Source: Alphaproteobacteria bacterium (GTDB lineage: Bacteria; Pseudomonadota; Alphaproteobacteria; JABAAW01). Taken from it: DNA of 64,000 nt. Both the position numbers and the translations under genes were made by a program. Below, in pieces: positions 40,122-48,843 of this stretch (positions are counted from its first letter, which is position 1; each line of letters begins with the position of its first letter). The notes under the pieces were generated by a model that saw nothing but the letters and a program-made list of their open reading frames with translations, made no database searches and was not told the origin of the DNA. Location: assembly GCA_965216605.1 (NCBI GenBank), contig CBDCGG010000002.1, forward strand, positions 1,159,871 through 1,223,870, read 5' to 3'.

Positions 40122-40802
40122 TCATTCAATATCTATTCCTTTTGTTTTTATTTTTTTTGCTAGTTCTTGACCTTTCTCAATTTGTTCTTCATTCAAGGAT
40201 TTTTTTAAATCTTCTTTTTTTTGAATTGCCATTTTATGCCCTGAAGAAGAGGCAAGCAGAAACATCGCATAAGATAGAAGAATGCTTTGTTTAATAGTTC
40301 CTTTCCCACTATAAAAAATGATTCCTAAATTATATTGTGCGTCAGCGCATCCTTGATTTGCAGATTTTTTATACCACTTAAATGCTTCTTTGTAATCCTC
40401 GACTGTTTGCTCCCCTCTTTCATACATTTTGCCTAAATCGTTTTGTGCTTGAGCATGTCCTTTTTTGGCTGCTTTCTCAAGCCAAAAAAACGCTTCGCTA
40501 TTATCGTTTGCTACCCCGTCTTCTGTTTTACTCCTTAAACTTAATTGGTGTTGAGATTCTGAATCACCATCATCTGCACTACGCTTTAGATTTCTTAGTT
40601 GCTTTTTCTTTTCATTAATTCTCTCCTCTTCTTCACGCTTAGAATTATACGAAAGACAAAAACAATAAAGAGCAATAGCAAAAAACACAAAAAAAGCTGG
40701 ATCCTCTTCTAAACCAAGGATTCCAAAAAAAATCGTCAGAGAGCCTGAAATATACATTTCTTGTAAATCTGTTCGAGAATTTATATTTTGTTTGCTATCC
40801 AT
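40122..40802 (-). CDS. Sel1-like repeat (SLR) protein with N-terminal transmembrane helices (low-GC island c, gene 2)
   Basis: At least two Sel1 repeats (…AQNDLGKMYERGEQTVEDYKEAFKWYKKSANQGCADAQYNLGIIFYSGKG…) preceded by two hydrophobic helices. Start MDSKQNI overlaps the upstream gene stop by 8 nt. Confidence 0.6.
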   Translation of the reverse strand: MDSKQNINSRTDLQEMYISGSLTIFFGILGLEEDPAFFVFFAIALYCFCLSYNSKREEEERINEKKKQLRNLKRSADDGDSESQHQLSLRSKTEDGVANDNSEAFFWLEKAAKKGHAQAQNDLGKMYERGEQTVEDYKEAFKWYKKSANQGCADAQYNLGIIFYSGKGTIKQSILLSYAMFLLASSSGHKMAIQKKEDLKKSLNEEQIEKGQELAKKIKTKGIDIE

Positions 40803-41775
40803 TATCGTCCCGAAGATCCATAAGGCTTTTTCCCTTATAATACCAATAATAAGGACCTCTAACATTACTGAGCTCTCGTTCTTTTTTTGTTAAAACTTCT
40901 CCCGCCGCAGCTGATAAAGTCATTTCTCTACCTTCATAAATAATTTTTTTTCTGCTTTTGTTTGTATCGCTTTCTGGGGCAACAGTGCAGGTTGTATTTT
41001 CGTCGTCAAGGAAAATTAATTTTTCCCCATCTTTTATTTCCACCATATTAAAATTAAAATTTTCAATATTTCTTCTTTCTTTTTCTTGCGCGTTGCCGAC
41101 ATTTTTTTTCTCGTCTTCGTTTTCAGCAATGTATTCATTTTTTATTGTAACTGGCTCATGCGCTAAATTTAACAATGCAGGTCGAGCGTCTTCAGGGGAC
41201 ATTTCAAAAAATTCTCTGCTCTTGTTAATTATTTTTTCCTTAAATTTTTCATGCAAATAGTTTTCTGCTTTATTGCAATCTTTCACTTTTATTGCACAGT
41301 CGAATTCAAAACGAAGAGGAACGCCCGTAGCACTAGAAAGAGCGTTTATTCTCTTCTCTACGCTGTCTGTCGTTTTTCCTATCTTGATAAGACCTTTCAT
41401 ACGAGGATTGGTGAGAATATAAACTATTCCTTCTCGTTCGTTTTTCAAGGAGTCTTGCGTCTCTTTTTCTTTACTTTCAAGTCTCTCTTTACGTTGTTGC
41501 AGGATTTCATCTTCGTACAACCAATTCAAAAGCGGTGCAAAACTTCCACGAATCTCTGTGTCGCGAATCACGCTGTAGATGTAATTCGTTAACTCGGTGA
41601 TTTTTCTACTTTCATCTTCGATGTCTCCAAATTCATACCTTACGGCTCGTTCACCATCTAAAACCACGCAAGTATGGTTTATATTCTCTTTGTGATAAAG
41701 CCTTGCACCCACTGGAATTTTCAATCCATCGAAGGTGAAGATTTTTTTGGTGGGTGTTTTTTCTATTTCAGTCAT
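40795..41775 (-). CDS. T5orf172 (MUG113, GIY-YIG-like) domain protein with flanking DUF4357-like modules (low-GC island c, gene 1)
   Basis: Central motif EGIVYILTNPRMKGLIKIGKTTDSVEKRINALSSATGVPLRFEFD. The N- and C-terminal about 50-aa modules resemble each other (…FDGLKIPVGARLYHKEN…VRYEFGDI / …IKDGEKLIFLDDEN…IIYEGREMTLSAAAGEVL…). Confidence 0.6.
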   Translation of the reverse strand: MTEIEKTPTKKIFTFDGLKIPVGARLYHKENINHTCVVLDGERAVRYEFGDIEDESRKITELTNYIYSVIRDTEIRGSFAPLLNWLYEDEILQQRKERLESKEKETQDSLKNEREGIVYILTNPRMKGLIKIGKTTDSVEKRINALSSATGVPLRFEFDCAIKVKDCNKAENYLHEKFKEKIINKSREFFEMSPEDARPALLNLAHEPVTIKNEYIAENEDEKKNVGNAQEKERRNIENFNFNMVEIKDGEKLIFLDDENTTCTVAPESDTNKSRKKIIYEGREMTLSAAAGEVLTKKERELSNVRGPYYWYYKGKSLMDLRDDNG

Positions 41776-41807
41776 TCCCCATCCCCTCTTGTGTTAGGTT
41801 GCGTTTT

Positions 41808-42158
41808 CTATTTGCTGATGAAGACTTCTGCGGCGAAAATCATGGTAGGTCCCCAAAATGCCATGAACGCCACCCCCATATAAAACATTCGCTGAAAATT
41901 GCGTGTCTCAGTACGCATCTCCTTCATCTCCGCACGCATCTCCATGCGTAGCTCCCTGATCTCTGCGCGTAGCTCCTTGATGTCAGACTTGGTCGCAACC
42001 CCATCCAACAAGACATCTTGCAAAACCCTCACATGCGCACGAGCTTGCCTATCGCTTACACCCCCCTTGCGTAAAGTGTCCGCATGCTTCTGCGTATCTA
42101 AAAGTGCCATTTTCCTTTTCTCCCTTCTCCTTACAGCATTCCCCCATCGAGTTTCCAT
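41808..42158 (-). CDS. Small coiled-coil protein with C-terminal TM helix (DUF1640-like)
   Basis: …KSDIKELRAEIRELRMEMRAEMKEMRTETRN… then a hydrophobic tail. Native GC. Start may be the internal Met (MALLDTQ). Confidence 0.35.
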   Translation of the reverse strand: METRWGNAVRRREKRKMALLDTQKHADTLRKGGVSDRQARAHVRVLQDVLLDGVATKSDIKELRAEIRELRMEMRAEMKEMRTETRNFQRMFYMGVAFMAFWGPTMIFAAEVFISK

Positions 42159-42281
42159 CCTCCCTCACAAACACGAGAGAGTCAAGACAAATTCTCCATC
42201 TTTTTATTTTTGTTGTCTTTTTTATCTTCCCATCCCGCGAATCCGTTGCAATTCTCTCACTTCGCGTCTAGGGTTGGCTTT

Positions 42282-43091
42282 ATGTTGTTGCGTCTCTTCC
42301 GCTTCTTTCTTTTTCTTCTTCTGCCCGTCGGGGTCGTGGGGAGATCTCTGTTGCGCTTCCTAGAGACGCTCGGCAGAGTTACCGCCTTCGGAGCCCTCTC
42401 GCTCTCGCATCTCTTCCGCCCCCCGCTCTACTTCGAGCAAATCCGCAAACAACTGATAGAAACAGGATACTACTCGCTGCCCGTCGTCGCCCTCACGGTC
42501 ACCTTCTCAGGGATGGTGCTCGTCCTCCAATCCTACGCGGGCTTCCAAAACGCCTTCGCAAGCCAAGCCATTCCCGAACTCGTCGTGCTAGCTATCACAC
42601 GAGAACTCGCCCCCGTCCTCAGCGGACTCATGGTCGCAGGTAGAGTGGGCGGCGCCATGGCAGCCGAAATCGCAACTATGCGCGTCAGCGAACAAATCGA
42701 CGCCCTAGAAACCCTCTCCGCCAATCCCTATAAGTATCTGATCGTTCCCCGATTGCTAGCAGGCGCGCTCTGCCTGCCGTTGCTCGTGGTGATCGGAGAC
42801 TCGCTGGGAATTTTGGGCGGTACCCTGATCGCCGTCTATAAACTGGGCTTCAATGCCGATCTCTATCTGCAATACACGCGCGCCGCCTTCGACCTCATCG
42901 GCTTCCTCTCCGGCGTGTGTAAAGCCTTCGTCTTCGGATTGCTCATCGCGCTCCTTAGCTGCTACAACGGATTCCACGCAACCGGCGGAGCGCAAGGCGT
43001 AGGACGAGCAACCACAAATGCCGTCGTTAGCTCCTCGATAGCTATCCTAGTCTTCAACTATTTCCTGACCGAACTCTTCTTCGCTCGATAG
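42282..43091 (+). CDS. mlaE: Phospholipid ABC transporter permease MlaE
   Basis: MlaE/Ttg2B-family permease (…ETGYYSLPVVALTVTFSGMVLVLQSY…). Start at MLLRL. Confidence 0.75.
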   Translation: MLLRLFRFFLFLLLPVGVVGRSLLRFLETLGRVTAFGALSLSHLFRPPLYFEQIRKQLIETGYYSLPVVALTVTFSGMVLVLQSYAGFQNAFASQAIPELVVLAITRELAPVLSGLMVAGRVGGAMAAEIATMRVSEQIDALETLSANPYKYLIVPRLLAGALCLPLLVVIGDSLGILGGTLIAVYKLGFNADLYLQYTRAAFDLIGFLSGVCKAFVFGLLIALLSCYNGFHATGGAQGVGRATTNAVVSSSIAILVFNYFLTELFFAR

Positions 43092-43132
43092 AAATCTCTA
43101 CAGCAATTCTTCCCGCAATTCCTGCCGCAACG

Positions 43133-44086
43133 ATGTCGAGACTCTGGAGCAAACTGCGTAAAAATCCCTTCGGTATCCACGCCGCGGTGAGCTCAGCAGA
43201 AACGCCCGCGAAGATCTCGGTGCGCGGTTTGGATAAATCGTTCGAGGGTAAACCCGTCCTCAAGGGTATCGATCTGGAAATAGAACGCGGCGAATCGATG
43301 GCAATCGTCGGACGCTCAGGCGAAGGTAAGTCTGTTCTCATCAAATGCATACTCGGACTGCTCACCCCCGACAAAGGCGAAATCCTCATCGACGGACACT
43401 CGCTAGCAAGCGAAGAAGGCGAGGCATTGCGCTCGACCATCGGTATCGTCTTCCAAGGCGGTGCGCTCTTCGACAGCATGAATGTCTGGCAGAATGTCGC
43501 CTTTCGTCTGCTACAACAAGGCACGAGCAAGCGCGAAGCCTCGCGTCGAGCATTGCAATGCTTGGACGCCGTCGAACTTCCCGCTCGTATCGCAGAACTA
43601 GATCCCAGCGAGCTGTCGGGAGGCATGCGTAAGCGCGTCGCCATCGCGCGCACGATGGCATCCGAACCCGATGTGTTGTTCTTCGACGAGCCAACCAGCG
43701 GGCTAGATCCCATCACAACCGATCTGATCAACGAGCTGATCGTCAATTGCACCAAGTCGCTGGGAGCAACCGCGATCACGATCACTCACGACATGAGTAG
43801 CGTCTATAAAACAGCAGACCGTGCCGCCCTCCTTTTCGACGGCAAACTCGTGTGGCAAGGCAGCAAGCGCGCCATGGCAAGCAGCAAAGATGCCTATGTG
43901 CGCCAGTTCGTTCAAGGCAAGGCGCAAGGTCCGATGACACGAGCTAGCGGTCAACCCCTCGACGGAGACAAGGATGGAGGCTTGGAGAAAAACAAGGACT
44001 CAAACAGCGGACAAGATAATGACGAAGACAACGATAAGGACAACGACCAAGATAACGCCGAAGACAACTATATCGCATCGGTATGA
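43133..44086 (+). CDS. mlaF: Phospholipid ABC transporter ATPase MlaF with D/N-rich C-terminal tail
   Basis: Walker A GRSGEGKSV, signature LSGGMRKRV, Walker B LFFDEPTSGLD. A C-terminal about 50-aa tract DKDGGLEKNKDSNSGQDNDEDNDKDNDQDNAEDN follows. Confidence 0.8.
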   Translation: MSRLWSKLRKNPFGIHAAVSSAETPAKISVRGLDKSFEGKPVLKGIDLEIERGESMAIVGRSGEGKSVLIKCILGLLTPDKGEILIDGHSLASEEGEALRSTIGIVFQGGALFDSMNVWQNVAFRLLQQGTSKREASRRALQCLDAVELPARIAELDPSELSGGMRKRVAIARTMASEPDVLFFDEPTSGLDPITTDLINELIVNCTKSLGATAITITHDMSSVYKTADRAALLFDGKLVWQGSKRAMASSKDAYVRQFVQGKAQGPMTRASGQPLDGDKDGGLEKNKDSNSGQDNDEDNDKDNDQDNAEDNYIASV

Positions 44087-45753
44087 AGAAGGGACAAGCC
44101 TACCTCTGTCAATCTTGCGGCGTGCGGTTTTCGCGCTGGCAAGGCTCTTGCCATGCGTGCGGAGAGTGGGATTCGTTGGTATTGCGTCCTCAAGAGAGCG
44201 CGACAGCGGTGCGCGAGCGACGCGGTGGTGGCAGTGTGGGGGTAGGGGGGGGAGGATTTGGAGGGGGTAAGATAGCCAGAAGTGCGCCTGCCTCAGCTGC
44301 GCCGTTTCGTCCGCTGGGCGAAGAGACGGTAGCGTTGGAGCGTGTCGCTACGGGGTTGCAGGAGGTGGATCGTGCACTAGGAGGCGGACTAGTGCCTGGC
44401 TCGGTGCTGTTGCTGGGCGGCGATCCGGGCGTGGGAAAGTCGACGCTGGCTCTGCAGATCGCAGAGGCATTGCTCGCACGCTCCCACAAGGAGACAGACA
44501 AAGAGGTAGAGACAGCGGCAAATTTGGAGGTAGAGACGACAGGCAAAATCCCAGAACAGCGCTCGCCCGCCGTCTATGTGAGCGGAGAGGAAGATCGCGC
44601 CCAGCTGGCGTTGCGCGCCAAGCGTTTGCAAAAAGAAGGGGCAAAAGAAGGGGAGGAGAACTCTCTGTTCGAGTCGTTGCTATGCACGGCGCGCACCGAC
44701 ATCGATCCCGTGCTGGAGTGGCTGCGCGAACAGCCCAACGGAGAGCAGCTGCTCGTCGTCGATTCGATTCAGACGATGCGCACAGCAGGTACCGAAGGTA
44801 GTGCCGCCGGCTCTCTGACTTGCCTGCGGATGCTGACAGAGGTGGTGACACACTTTGCTCGGCAAAGCGGGATCGCCGTGCTGCTGATCGGACATGTGAC
44901 GAAGGAAGGGCAGCTGGCAGGACCTCGACAGATCGAGCATATGGTAGATGTCGTCCTCTACCTTGAGGGAGAGCGCGGGCAGGGCTTTCGTCTCTTGCGC
45001 GCGGTGAAGAATCGCTTCGGCGCGCTGGACGAAATCGGCGTTTTCGAAATGCGTGGCTCGGGGTTGCGTGGGGTGGCGAATCCTTCGTCGCTGTTTCTCT
45101 CCTCCAACAGCAGCGAAGCGCCTGGCACAGCCGTGTTCGCAGGCGTGGAGGGAACGCGCCCCTTTCTGTGCGAGGTGCAAGCGTTGGTCACTCCCGCGCC
45201 GCCGGGCTCGCCGCGCAGGACAGCACTGGGTTGGGATTCAGCGCGCCTAGCGACGCTGTTGGCGGTGTTGGAGGCGCACGCAGATCTGCGTCTATCTTCG
45301 CACGAGGTATATCTGAATATTTCGGGCGGCTTGCGCATCAAAGAAACCGCTTGCGATTTGGCGGTCGCCTGCGCCATCATCTCGGCAGCGCGCAAGACAG
45401 CCATCCCTGCGGGATGGGTCTTCTGCGGCGAGATCGGACTGACAGGCGACATTCGCGCCGTAGGACAAACGAGGCTCCGCGCGACAGAGGCACAAAAACT
45501 GGGTTTCGCAAAAATGCTTTTGCATCAAGGCGCAAAGCATGCTAGCAAAGAGACAAGGGAAGGGGATTCTGCTGCAGAGGATGCATCGCATCGAAGCGTG
45601 AACAACGGAAAGTTTTCTTTTCAGCAAGTCTCTCGTGTGAGCGACCTTGCTCCGTGGCTCGTGCGCCTTGTCGCTGCCTCGACATCAGCCTCCGCCGCGC
45701 GCGCACCTGACGCAGCACCCGCAATAGTAAGAGCTGCGAGCTCTGGACGATGA
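44083..45753 (+). CDS. radA: DNA repair protein RadA/Sms
   Basis: Zn ribbon CQSCGVRFSRWQGSCHACGEW, RecA-like Walker A GGDPGVGKST, KNRFG motif, and a Lon-like C-terminal domain. Low-complexity insertions are present. Confidence 0.85.
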   Translation: MKKGQAYLCQSCGVRFSRWQGSCHACGEWDSLVLRPQESATAVRERRGGGSVGVGGGGFGGGKIARSAPASAAPFRPLGEETVALERVATGLQEVDRALGGGLVPGSVLLLGGDPGVGKSTLALQIAEALLARSHKETDKEVETAANLEVETTGKIPEQRSPAVYVSGEEDRAQLALRAKRLQKEGAKEGEENSLFESLLCTARTDIDPVLEWLREQPNGEQLLVVDSIQTMRTAGTEGSAAGSLTCLRMLTEVVTHFARQSGIAVLLIGHVTKEGQLAGPRQIEHMVDVVLYLEGERGQGFRLLRAVKNRFGALDEIGVFEMRGSGLRGVANPSSLFLSSNSSEAPGTAVFAGVEGTRPFLCEVQALVTPAPPGSPRRTALGWDSARLATLLAVLEAHADLRLSSHEVYLNISGGLRIKETACDLAVACAIISAARKTAIPAGWVFCGEIGLTGDIRAVGQTRLRATEAQKLGFAKMLLHQGAKHASKETREGDSAAEDASHRSVNNGKFSFQQVSRVSDLAPWLVRLVAASTSASAARAPDAAPAIVRAASSGR

Positions 45754-46268
45754 CACAACAATTTCTCTTTTCATCTCTATTCGTCGATCTCCTCGTTTTG
45801 GGCTTTATCTTCAGCTCGGGTATGCTGTCGCGGGGAAAGCGTTTTACTGGTGAGTTATGCCAGCTGTTGGCTTGGTTGGGCGCGCTCGGATTGCTCTACC
45901 TCGCCTATACCTACTCGGCACAGATATTCGGTGCCTTCTTCGACGACCGCAAGGTGATGTTGTTGTTTGTGGCGGGAGGGCTGTTTATCGGAATCTTTGC
46001 GGCTCTCTTCATCTTGACAGGCATGCTCGCGCGCGCTTTGCAGCGTTATGTCGCAGGGCGTCTCGATCGGATATTAGGGCTGCTCTACGGCGTTGCTCGC
46101 GGTGTCGTGATCGTTTGCGTCCTGTTGGGCTTCCTGAAAACCTACGGCGGAACGAACGCTCTGCCCGTGCAGATCACGCAAAGCGTCACTGCTCCATACC
46201 TGCTGCCTCTGACCGACTGGGCATGGGGATTTATGAGCGACATGCCGTGGGGAGGGCAGGCTTTGTGA
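45750..46268 (+). CDS. cvpA: CvpA-family membrane protein
   Basis: Four TM helices with the CvpA pattern. Conserved cvpA-purF synteny. Confidence 0.7.
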   Translation: MTQQFLFSSLFVDLLVLGFIFSSGMLSRGKRFTGELCQLLAWLGALGLLYLAYTYSAQIFGAFFDDRKVMLLFVAGGLFIGIFAALFILTGMLARALQRYVAGRLDRILGLLYGVARGVVIVCVLLGFLKTYGGTNALPVQITQSVTAPYLLPLTDWAWGFMSDMPWGGQAL

Positions 46269-46300
46269 GCGTCGCACCTCCTCTGTCGCTTCCTCCATCT

Positions 46301-47977
46301 ATGGACTCGCAGGAGGCGGCAGACAGCGATGTGTTGCGCGAGGCTTGCGGCATCTTCGGCATTATCGGCAGCTTTGATGCCGCAGAGCAGACGGCGTTGG
46401 GCTTGCATGCTTTGCAGCATCGCGGTCAGGACGGTTGCGGCATCGTTTCGTACGACGGGCGTTACTTTCGGGCGGAGCGCGCCTTGGGGCTGGTCGGCGA
46501 CAGCTTGGCGAAGCGCGAGAAGATCGAGCGTCTGCATGGCGTGCTGGCATTGGGGCATAATCGCTATGCGACCAGCGGCGTTGCCAAGGATTTAACGAAT
46601 GTACAGCCTATGTTTGCCGAGTTGGATATTGGCGGCGTGGCTTTGGCGCACAACGGCAACTTCACGAATGGATTGAGCTTGCGTAAAAAGTTGGTGGCGG
46701 AGGGGAGTATTTTTCAGTCGCACTCCGATTCAGAGGTGTTGATACATTTGCTGGCGCGTGCGCGCGGCTCTCTGACAGAGAGGTTGCTGTCGGCGTTGGG
46801 CGAGTTGCGCGGGGGGTTTGCCATCGCCTTGCTTGCCAAGGATATGCTGATAGGCTTGCGCGATCCGCATGGCTTGCGTCCGTTGCTGTTGGGCAGTACG
46901 CGCGACGGCGGCGTGATCGTTACATCCGAATCGTGCGCGTTGGACATCATCGATGCCGAGTATCGACGCGAGATCGCACCAGGCGAGATTGTGGTCTTCT
47001 CGTTGCGGCGCTCGCGTGGGCTTGTCGAGGCGCGCTCGTTCTTTGGCGATAGGAGAGGGCAGGCTAAAAAAGACGACAACTCAAAAAACAAGAACGAGCA
47101 GGGCAAGGAGAAGAAAAAGCTGTTTTGCGCTTCCAAGCGTTTCGCTGCTCCTGTTGCTCGTCGTTCGTGCGTCTTCGAGCATATCTATTTTTCGCGTCCC
47201 GATTCACTCGTCGCCTCAAGTCCGCCGAACGGCGCGGAGAAGGGTAATGGTAGAGGGCAAGGTAGAGGTCGAGATAATGGCAATGGCAAGGAGAAGGAGG
47301 AGGTGTTGAAACGCTCGATCTATCAGGTGCGCAAGCGTCTAGGTGCGGTGTTGGCGGAGGAGGCGGTAGGATCGTTGCCTGCTTGCGACTGCGTCGTTCC
47401 TATTCCTGATTCGGGCGTTGCCGCGGCACTGGGCTTTGCTGAGGGGTTGGGGCTGCCCATAGATTTTGCAATCATCCGCAACCACTATGTAGGACGCACC
47501 TTCATCGAGCCTCAACAGGAGATCCGTCATTTCGGCGTGCGCTTGAAGCACAACGCGGACAAGGCGTTGTTGCGCGGCAAGCGCGTTGTGTTGATTGACG
47601 ATTCGTTGGTAAGGGGGACCACTTCTCGCAAGATCATTGCATTGGTGAGACAAGCGGGAGCGTTGGAGGTTCATATGCGTATTGCGTCTCCTCCGATAAC
47701 GCATCCGTGCCACTACGGGGTAGATACGCCTGAGCGAGACGAGTTGTTGGCGGCTCGATTGTCGGCAAAGCAGATGGCTAAGCATATCGGTTGCGACTCG
47801 TTGGCGTTTCTTTCGGCGGGAGGATTGTATCGGGCTTTGGAGGGGTGCGAGGGCGGAGATGCAGAGGGCGGGGGGTGGTGTAGTGCTTGCTTTACGGGGG
47901 TGTATCCTGTTGAGTTGATCGACGAGGAGTTTGGCAAGGCTGCTTATGGACAATTGAGTTTGTTGGCGAGGGAGTGA
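46301..47977 (+). CDS. purF: Amidophosphoribosyltransferase PurF (with short propeptide and low-complexity insertions)
   Basis: Nucleophile Cys in ...REACGIFGIIGS after a 15-aa leader. PRTase motif VVLIDDSLVRGTTS. Inserts GQAKKDDNSKNKNEQGKEKKK and GNGRGQGRGRDNGNGKEKEE. The six-frame ORF from 45857 is over-extended. Confidence 0.85.
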   Translation: MDSQEAADSDVLREACGIFGIIGSFDAAEQTALGLHALQHRGQDGCGIVSYDGRYFRAERALGLVGDSLAKREKIERLHGVLALGHNRYATSGVAKDLTNVQPMFAELDIGGVALAHNGNFTNGLSLRKKLVAEGSIFQSHSDSEVLIHLLARARGSLTERLLSALGELRGGFAIALLAKDMLIGLRDPHGLRPLLLGSTRDGGVIVTSESCALDIIDAEYRREIAPGEIVVFSLRRSRGLVEARSFFGDRRGQAKKDDNSKNKNEQGKEKKKLFCASKRFAAPVARRSCVFEHIYFSRPDSLVASSPPNGAEKGNGRGQGRGRDNGNGKEKEEVLKRSIYQVRKRLGAVLAEEAVGSLPACDCVVPIPDSGVAAALGFAEGLGLPIDFAIIRNHYVGRTFIEPQQEIRHFGVRLKHNADKALLRGKRVVLIDDSLVRGTTSRKIIALVRQAGALEVHMRIASPPITHPCHYGVDTPERDELLAARLSAKQMAKHIGCDSLAFLSAGGLYRALEGCEGGDAEGGGWCSACFTGVYPVELIDEEFGKAAYGQLSLLARE

Positions 47978-47984
47978 TTCTTTT

Positions 47985-48791
47985 GTGAAAGAGTCGAAGG
48001 AGTTGAAAGAGTTGAAGGAGTTGAAGGGGTTGGAGGGCTTGCGATTGTTGTTGACGGGTGCTTCGAGGGGTTTGGGCAGGGCATTGGCGATGAGCTTTGC
48101 AGAGCGAGGGGTGAGGCTGATCTTAACGGGGCGCACGCAGGGGGGGCTGGCAGAGGTATCGAAGGAGATTGTAGAAAGGGGGTTTCCTGCTCCTGTGGTT
48201 GTTGCCTTGGATTTACGAGAGGGGACAGAGAAAGGCGCAGAGGGAGGCTCTGATACGGGGACGGGAGGAGGGAGTAGAATAGAGTTATTGGGGGGAATGA
48301 TTGCGGAGCGGATCGGGGGATTGGAGGGAATTATTTTGAATGCGGCGTTATTGGGGGAGTTATCTCCTGTTGCGCATGGGGATGGGGATATGTGGAGGGA
48401 GGTATTTGATGTGAATGTGTTTGCTAATCGGAAATTAATAGAGAGTGTGCATGGATTGTTGTGTATGTCGGGGGGTTTTGTTATTGGGGTTACTTGTGGG
48501 GAGAAGCGGGGTGGAGCTTATTGGGGATGTTATGGGGCTTCTAAGGCGGCGATGGAGGTTATGTTGGAGAGTTATGGGAGGGAGTGTGAGAAGTTAGGTA
48601 TAAGTGTTGCGTGTTGGGATCCGGGGAGGATGTCTACGGGGTTGCGGGGTAGTGCGTATCCGGGTGAATCTGTGGGCAAGGAGGGGGAGAATAATAATGG
48701 GAAGTATCCGATAACGGGGGAGACTGGTAGGGGCTGTGTAGAGATTGTGGAGGAGTGGGTTAGACGGAGGCGGGAGGGGGGAGGTAGTTAG
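47985..48791 (+). CDS. Short-chain dehydrogenase/reductase (SDR) family oxidoreductase
   Basis: TGASRGLGRA cofactor motif and catalytic YGASKAA. Coding strand C-depleted. Confidence 0.7.
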   Translation: MKESKELKELKELKGLEGLRLLLTGASRGLGRALAMSFAERGVRLILTGRTQGGLAEVSKEIVERGFPAPVVVALDLREGTEKGAEGGSDTGTGGGSRIELLGGMIAERIGGLEGIILNAALLGELSPVAHGDGDMWREVFDVNVFANRKLIESVHGLLCMSGGFVIGVTCGEKRGGAYWGCYGASKAAMEVMLESYGRECEKLGISVACWDPGRMSTGLRGSAYPGESVGKEGENNNGKYPITGETGRGCVEIVEEWVRRRREGGGS

Positions 48792-48843
48792 TTGCTTGTG
48801 CTTTTGCGTTTTTTGAGAGGGGGGTAGTTTATGTTTGTTTGCC

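Noticed and set aside
45857-46300. N-terminal 148-aa extension of the purF six-frame ORF overlapping cvpA
   Set aside because: It overlaps the well-supported cvpA frame. PurF requires Cys directly after a short leader, and an in-frame ATG at 46301 gives MDSQEAADSDVLREA-C.
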